From assembly GCF_009914755.1 (NCBI RefSeq), contig NC_060929.1: a stretch of 64,000 bases of DNA; one strand, 5' to 3'. Below, piece after piece: positions 55,976-64,000 of the stretch (position 1 is its first letter; every line of letters begins with the position of its first letter). The stretch is from the human T2T-CHM13v2.0 reference genome, Homo sapiens. The position numbers and the translations under genes were made by a program. The notes beneath the pieces were generated by a model that was given only the letters and a program-made list of their open reading frames with translations, searched no databases and was not told where the DNA came from.

Positions 55976-56500
55976 TGTGGTAGGTCACTTCTGAAATGAT
56001 CCCCAATGATTCCTCACCATCTGGTATTCAAGCTGTTGGTAAACACTCCCCTCTTGTGGGAGCTAGACCTAGTGACTCATTTATTATGAATTGAATAGGC
56101 AAGACTAAGGAGATGTCACTTCTGTGATCAGGTTATAGAAAGAGTCACTCCCTTTTCTCCTGCTCACTCTGGTTCTTGCTCCTCTTGTTTGCTCCCTCTA
56201 GTGAAGCATGGTGCCATGTTGTGACTGCCCTGTGGAGAGGCCCACGTGGCAAGTGGCTGCAGGAAGCCTCTGGCCAACAGCTAGCAAAAAACTGACTCCT
56301 AACAACAGCTGTGTGGGTGAGCTTGGAAGCCCATCCTTCTCTAGTTGAAGTTGAGATAACTGCAGCCCCAGCTGATTGCAGCCTGTGAACCACCCTAAGC
56401 TGGTGGGCTCAGCTAAGTCATGCTTGGATTCCTGCCCTTCAGAAACCATGAGATTATAAGTGTTTTAGGCCACTCAGTGTGCTATGCAGTGATGTTATTA
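55976..56500 (+). mobile_element. MLT1-type MaLR LTR
   Basis: tgtggtaggtc...atggtccccaatgat-like start; ccctgtggagaggcccacgtggcaag; gattcctgcccttcagaaaccatgaga. Confidence 0.8.
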
Positions 56501-56549
56501 ATAGAGATGCTTTGTAAAGCAGCTGCCCTGAAATCAATAAGATGCCTTG

Positions 56550-56715
56550 TAGTTGGGTATGGCACATGCCTGTAGTTCCAGCTACTCAGGAGGTTGACAC
56601 TGGAGGATCACTTGAGCCCCGGAGTCTGAGGTCGCAGGAAGCCCTGACTGTACCACTGAACTCCAGCCTGGGCAACAGAGGAGAAACTGTCTCAAAAAAA
56701 AAAAAAAAAAAAAAA
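56550..56715 (+). mobile_element. Alu right-arm monomer with an A-tail (antisense to SH3TC2)
   Basis: ggcacatgcctgtagttccagctactcaggagg...ctccagcctgggcaacagag...ctc followed by about 22 A. Confidence 0.9.
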
Positions 56716-57554
56716 GACATGTATTGGTATTCTCTCCCATCCATCAAGTCCTCCATCTCATCTGCCCCCATTGTGGATGAGACAAAATGTGTGTGTAAAT
56801 GTAACTGGACAATATTTAATCATATACACTATTTACATGTAATTTATGTCATAATTTTCTTAACATTCAATTTCCAAGCCTTTGCTCTTGGAAAGCTTCC
56901 CTGGAGCTTCTGGGAGGTTATGTGGGAGCACAGCCTTATGGCAGGAGGAAGATGGTGAATCCAAGTCAGGTTTCGTGCAATCCATCTGGCCATTCTGAGG
57001 CTGTGTCTTTTGAGCTAAGATCCTGGTGAATTCTCTCCTGTCAATCCCTGTGAGCATGAGGAGTGATACATACTTTGGTTCTGAAGAAAGAAATGGAAAA
57101 AACTACAGGTTCCTCTGCTGGCAAGGGGAAGGGGTCTTTCCCTGAGAAAATCGGTGAAGAGCACAAATTCCAATCTGCTTGCCTTTGCACCAGTGCAGTG
57201 ACTGATTTCCTCATTGGGGGAGGAAGGAAGGCTCCTGGAGGGCAAGATCCCTCATCTTCTCCAGAATTATGTATGGAGAAAGTGCTTTTCAGAGGCTGTT
57301 TGTGTGGAAGGCAACAGTCAACCGGTAAAGGCTCCAGATGCAAAGCCTGGAACCAGGAATTCTCATCGCTGCACCATCAAATCTTTCTGTGGCCTGCAAT
57401 GAGCCCTTCTCCTCCTGGACTTCATTCTTCTTCTTGTGAAATGAGGGGGCTAGGCCAGGTAAGGACTCGGACCCTCCCAATGAGTATTTAAGAGCCTAGG
57501 GCAGTGGGGTCAGAGTCTGGCCATGCCAAATGTCCAGAGACAGGACAGCTTTCC

Positions 57555-57746
<192 letters not shown>

Positions 57747-57889
57747 CTAACCCCGTGGTATGGGGGCAAAGAAGAGACAGCATTAGCAAACACTTCCAGG
57801 ACAGGCTAGGAGGCTGTGCTGGCCACTCTAGTTTTTTTTGTTTGTTTGTTTGTTTGTTTGTTTGCCCAACATCCAATCCCCATCTCCTG

Positions 57890-58390
57890 AGTCCTTAGGG
57901 AGCCCCTCTCTCCCTCCACTGTGGTCCTTGGGACATTGCTAATCACAGTGCCCTGCACTCCAGGCACAGAGGTGGTCCCTTACTGAGGCTCAGCCAATCA
58001 TGAAACATCATTGCCCTGGGCACAGTGCTTCAGGGATGTGTACATGACCCAAACTTGGCCTACATCTGCCACTCCCTGGGACTTTCCACTGTGTCTCAAT
58101 AAGGAAAATAGTCCCTCTGAAGTGGCAGGTTCAGAGGTGGACTTGAACCTGCCAGTAGCTAGAAGGGGAAAAGGCCAAGAAACAAAGCAAAGTAGAAACA
58201 TACAGAGTCAAGGAATACAATGAGAGGTGGGGAAATCCCTGATGATGATTGAGAAACAGGATCCAGAGCTATCTGCAGTTAAATTTGTAGCTCAGCCTTC
58301 ACATTCTTTGAGCCAGTAAGTTGCCTTTTTTGCTTAAGGAAGTTTGAACTGAGTTTTTCCCTTTACAATCCGTGGAGTTCTTGGTTGACA
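57890..58390 (+). mobile_element. Old MLT1-type LTR in the SH3TC2 last intron
   Basis: cagccaatca...tgctt.agggatg..catgacccaa..., tgagccagtaagttgccttttttgcttaag. Confidence 0.65.
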
Positions 58391-58802
58391 TGATCAGATC
58401 ACACACTTTGTCCCTGAACCACTTACTGGGAGCTATGGGGCAGAGGCAAGATGGCTAGAGGGTGCTTCACTACCCCCGGCCCTCCCTACATGGTAAAGAT
58501 GAGAAACAGATGCTTCTTTGGGTGAGACTCAAAAAGGCTGCCTGGTTTCCATTAACCCTCATAAGTCAGTAATTAATTCAGGCCAGAAGCAAAGCCTGGC
58601 AAATAAGAAAAGGACAGCAGAGCTGCCCTGAGGGTTCCCTGGGGGCCAAACACAGGAGTGACTCAGAAGCCACTATATTAAGAGATTAAGGGTTGTGCTT
58701 CAGGGGACAGGGACCTCTAGTAAAAGGAAGCCAATCCTAGGGACACAGTTTGGGGGTCAGGGTTGTAACAGAGATTTGCAACCAACACAACTCTAGAAGT
58801 CA

Positions 58803-59180
<378 letters not shown>

Positions 59181-59610
59181 CTAAGTATACTTAGTTTAAA
59201 GGCCCCATACCTCGTTATCTCAAACATGTTAATATGCACCCACATTTCTCATAAAATGTAGCTTTACATTACTTTATAAGAAATGAGTTGCAGTTGACTA
59301 GTTGGTCTGTAACATTTTATGGACAAACTCTTAAGTATTCATTTTGATCTTCATTTTAGACCTTATAGTTCTTTTGTTTTGGGGTCTTGTATATTTCCAT
59401 AGGCCCTTGAGAGACTTACAGGCAATGTGCCTGTAGTATCTGACAGATAAAGAAGCCACAGACATGGTGGCAAGGCAAGGAGAAAGAGGAACCATGGTCT
59501 ACTCCTCAGCGAAGATGGGAGCACCTTTGAGATCTTCAGCAGGGTTAAGTGGAAAGAGCTTCCATGTCCCCTGTAAAGCCACTCCTCACCCTATGAGACA
59601 AGACTTCTCA

Positions 59611-59985
<375 letters not shown>

Positions 59986-61650
59986 TCATTCCATAAAACT
60001 TTTTGAAGGTCTACTAGATGTCAGGGACTGTGCTGGGGCATAGGAAATAAGACAGAAGAGGTGCCTGTACTCATAAAGCTTATTGTCTCACATGACAGAC
60101 ATTCCTTAAATAATCCCACAAACAAATGTAACATTACACATGTCATAAATGCTACAAAAGAAAATGCAGGGCTCTATAAGAGTGACTAAGTAGAGGATGG
60201 GTCAAGGTTTCCTGGAGTGATTCCCAGAAGAAAATTTTCTCCTTATTGCAGATGCTACTGTAATGCAGGATTCTGAGAAAGAATTCTTCTTAAACCCTTT
60301 TAATGGGACATGGTGACAAGTCTAGCTTGATGGAGTAGCTAAGAATTGCAATAAATCACTCTGTATAATAAATGTCTTCCTCACACAAAAGTCTCTCTCT
60401 TCAGAGAATTATCTTGGGTACCACCATGTAGCAGTCTCTCCTTGGCCCCTTTACCTACTGTCAGTCTCAGATAAGCTACAAACACCTGTTCACACTTAAA
60501 CCATGCTTTAGAATGCTGGTTTCTAACGGGTCTATGACTTGTTGTTTGGTGGATTTGTTTTAATACAGAGCAATCTTTTACAGGGAACAAAGGCTTACAA
60601 TCATGTCTTTGGAATATTTGCAAGGTGGCTGTGGGATACCATCTAAAAACATCACTTTTAAGCTTCAAAGAGCCAAAAGCCAAAATTAAAAAAGAAAATC
60701 TAAGAGAGAGAAAATTCTCTGATATGGAAAAATCAGCCACAGGGGAAGTACTTATATAAAGGATGCATACAACCTCCCTTCAGCTCCCATCCAGTGAGGG
60801 ATAAAGAGTGCTCAGAGGAACTGCCTGGGGCCTCCAAGGCCTTTCCTGAGATTAGCACACAGTCACTCAGATGAGATCCTATGCAATAAGGAAAAAGGTA
60901 GGGAAAAGAGGGAAGGCTCTCTCAAGAATGCAATTAGACAAAATAAAGTCCGGTATCATCCACACCCGATGCCCTTGAAAATGCCCAGAAGACCCTCCTG
61001 GAATCATCACAGAATATTACATTTACCCTTACATCTAATCAAGGCTTCTCTATCAAACCTGCTTTTCTTCAAACACCAACATTCAAGATGAGGGGTTTTT
61101 AAATCTTTTTTATTCTGCCATTTATCTGTTCTGATGACTATTATTGTTTCCCACTAGCTTTTGACATAAACACAAGATATTCAGCTATGTTCTGAGTTAG
61201 GGTAATGGGAACCTGACCTTCATTTACATTTTAGCTTCATGGGAAAATGCACTTTTAACTAAAAATTAACTAATTTAAAATTCAGGGCACAGTCCTTTTG
61301 CAATGGGAACATAGCTTATGAAGAGAATAAAATATCATTTACTTTACACTTGGGGAACAACAGCACCTGTAATATAATAATAGTGTGGCACAGGCAACAC
61401 TTACCAAGGACTTACCATGTACCCAGGATTGTGCTATGGCTGTTACATGGATAATCACTGGTCTTCATAACAACTACCATGAGGTGGGCACTATTTTTAA
61501 TCCTGATTTGGTGATGACAAGCTTGAGGCTTATAGAAGTTAAGCAACTTGCTTAACTAAGGTCTCTCTGACAGTTGGACCTGGGATTTGAACCCACACAG
61601 TCTGACTCCAGGGCCTGCGGTGTTATTGCTTTGCTGTCTATCCTTGACTA

Positions 61651-61845
<195 letters not shown>

Positions 61846-63089
61846 CTAGGAACAGAAGCCCAAGGAACCTTAGTCTAGCTAGGAATCCTCAGTGCATACC
61901 ATAGCTAGGAGACTTATCTTCTACAGGCAGGGGTTGGGGAACGGCAGTGGACTAAAACAAAGGGGAGTCAGCCATGTTTCCCTGTGTGCCTTTACTCAAC
62001 CCTCTCTCTCCTGATCCTTGCTCATGATGTTTTGCCCAGATCTTAAAGTAGAAGAAGTAGAGGGCATTGGGCTTCCTATAATTGGGGAAACCTGGAGTAG
62101 GAAAGGGAAGCGGCTTTTCCCAAGGTCACGTGGAAAGTCGTTCCCTTCTCAGCTGTGTGCTCCCCTAGCATCCATGGTGCTATCTATGAAGCACACATGA
62201 GTACACGCATAGTGTGGGAATATCTCAAAAAGTGGTCATTTCTATGTTTTTATCATGATAGAATTTTAGGCAAATCACTTCATCTTTCTGAACCTTAGTT
62301 TTCTCATCTACAAAATGCATATGAAAATAAGCCCCTCAACAGTCAGAGACGCGTTCCCTGTTCTTCCCCACCCCTAGCTCAGTGCCTGGCACAGACTGGG
62401 TATTTGCTAGCATTTGATGACTGAATAAACAACTGAACAAATAAATAAATGAATATCTGAATGAATAAAATTTTACGATCAAATTAGATAATGAGGCTTC
62501 CTAAACTTCAGTTGGTGATGAACAACAATCACAATTTTTGACATATCTGCTTAATATCTGGACATTCATTTAATTTGTGTTATTCTTAACATCAACTCTT
62601 TTTCTTGCCTCATCCTTCGCAATAATATCTGTGAAGTCATAGGTTTGATGAGCTTGTATTATATATTTTTAATTTTAAAAAATATATTTTAATACATGCT
62701 TATTAAAAATATGATCAAACAAAAGCATTCATCTACATAACCCTTTAAATAATCTCCCACCACACCCCCAGTAGTAAATGGGAAACACTGGTAAACTCAA
62801 AAGTGTGCTGCAGACCATAAAGTACCATGCACCCAAGAGTCTGAGATGGTCTTGATCTCCTGGACTCAATTATTTTGATGTATTATCCGAAGAAGGATAA
62901 CTTATCAAGCCTGAGAATGACTAAGTTTATCAGAACCTTCCCTGAGCTCCCACTAGGTTGAAGAGAGAGTGAGTAGGTGGGCACTGGACAAGAAAGAGAG
63001 AAAAATGAAATACAAGCAAGAGAGGAGAAGAGGGACTCAGGCCGAAGTCCAGCCTGACCCTTCCCATGCCCGTGCCAGGACCTGTCTCA

Positions 63090-63236
<147 letters not shown>

Positions 63237-64000
63237 CTAGGTGGGACAGAGACAGCTGTTAAAGGCAGAGAGGAGGGCTTCCTGACCTCCACAGGACTGG
63301 CAGAGCTAAGACGCAGACCACCTAAATCAACTAATCCTCTGCTAAAGTCCCCCAAATCCTAAATGTCTTCACACTCCTAGGGCTGGTAAGAGGACTTTAG
63401 ACATTCTCCAGTCTGGCATTTCCCCATCCTGTTATGAGAGATTGCTTTTGGTGGTGCTAGATTATTTTTAACAGTATATAGAAAAACATTTTGTTTTACT
63501 AGTTAAGTATTTATTTTAATGTGTTTTAGAAAAAAAAAACTAATAATGCATCCAACCTGCAACTTTAGATAGTATTGTGTAGAATAAGGCTAAGTGTAGA
63601 AAAAGCTACGTTGATTTGATGTTGAGTCAAAGAAAAAGAAGTAAACAATGGTATAGAAGGTACATGTATATAGCAAAACTATGAATTTAATATGTAAATA
63701 ACTGAAATGGAAAAATAGTGATCCACTTCAACATCTTACACTTTCCAGATGGAGATAGTGTGGCTCAAAAGAAAACAGAACCTCCCCAGCTTCATGCCAA
63801 TAGTCAGTGGCAAACAAATGTTGGTGTCTTCCATCCCAGTACCCTAACCTCCACAGCTTCTTTATCTCTAGCAAGCTATTTTGGATTTCATCTACACAAA
63901 ATGTGCTAAGGAAGTTGAAGAGTAAAGAATATACCACTGCACCTGCAGCACAGTTACAGGACCTCAAATAGCCTCAGGTCCAGAATGATTCACTTCCATG

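Larger units (their letters stand above)
34994..57554 (-). other. SH3TC2: Probable extended SH3TC2 3' UTR (~22.5 kb); distal end approximate
   Basis: Follows the TGA at 57555-57557. Minus-strand AATAAA at 35013-35018. The length agrees with my recollection of a ~26 kb SH3TC2 reference mRNA but cannot be proven from sequence alone. Confidence 0.55.

Noticed and set aside
48804-56715. Inverted Alu pair in the SH3TC2 3' UTR
   Set aside because: Both Alus (48804 and 56550) have the same orientation.

Overview
This is primate (human-type) genomic DNA, not microbial. The right end carries the last four coding exons of SH3TC2 (the CMT4C neuropathy gene, 5q32) on the minus strand: 63236-63114, 61845-61695, 59921-59725 and 57746-57555 (TGA). 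All have GT-AG junctions and splice in frame into the recognisable C-terminus (...[12 protein letters not shown]...[13 protein letters not shown]...LSGGGLAL*). A very long 3' UTR probably runs down to an AATAAA near 35015. The rest is repeat-rich DNA: L1PA, L1M, Alu, MIR, L2, MER11/MLT LTRs, MER DNA transposons and microsatellites. Nearly all listed ORFs are spurious or repeat-derived. I found no convincing new multi-gene system. The best second-look items are a ~400 bp L1 3' transduction (1145-1558), a nested inverted-repeat mosaic (21791-22001), a foreign ~47 bp patch inside an Alu (18166-18212), a probable exonised antisense Alu in the SH3TC2 3' region (56570-56686), and strong CTCF and SOX10-type motifs. 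Repeat subfamilies and the boundaries of old elements were called by eye and are approximate.
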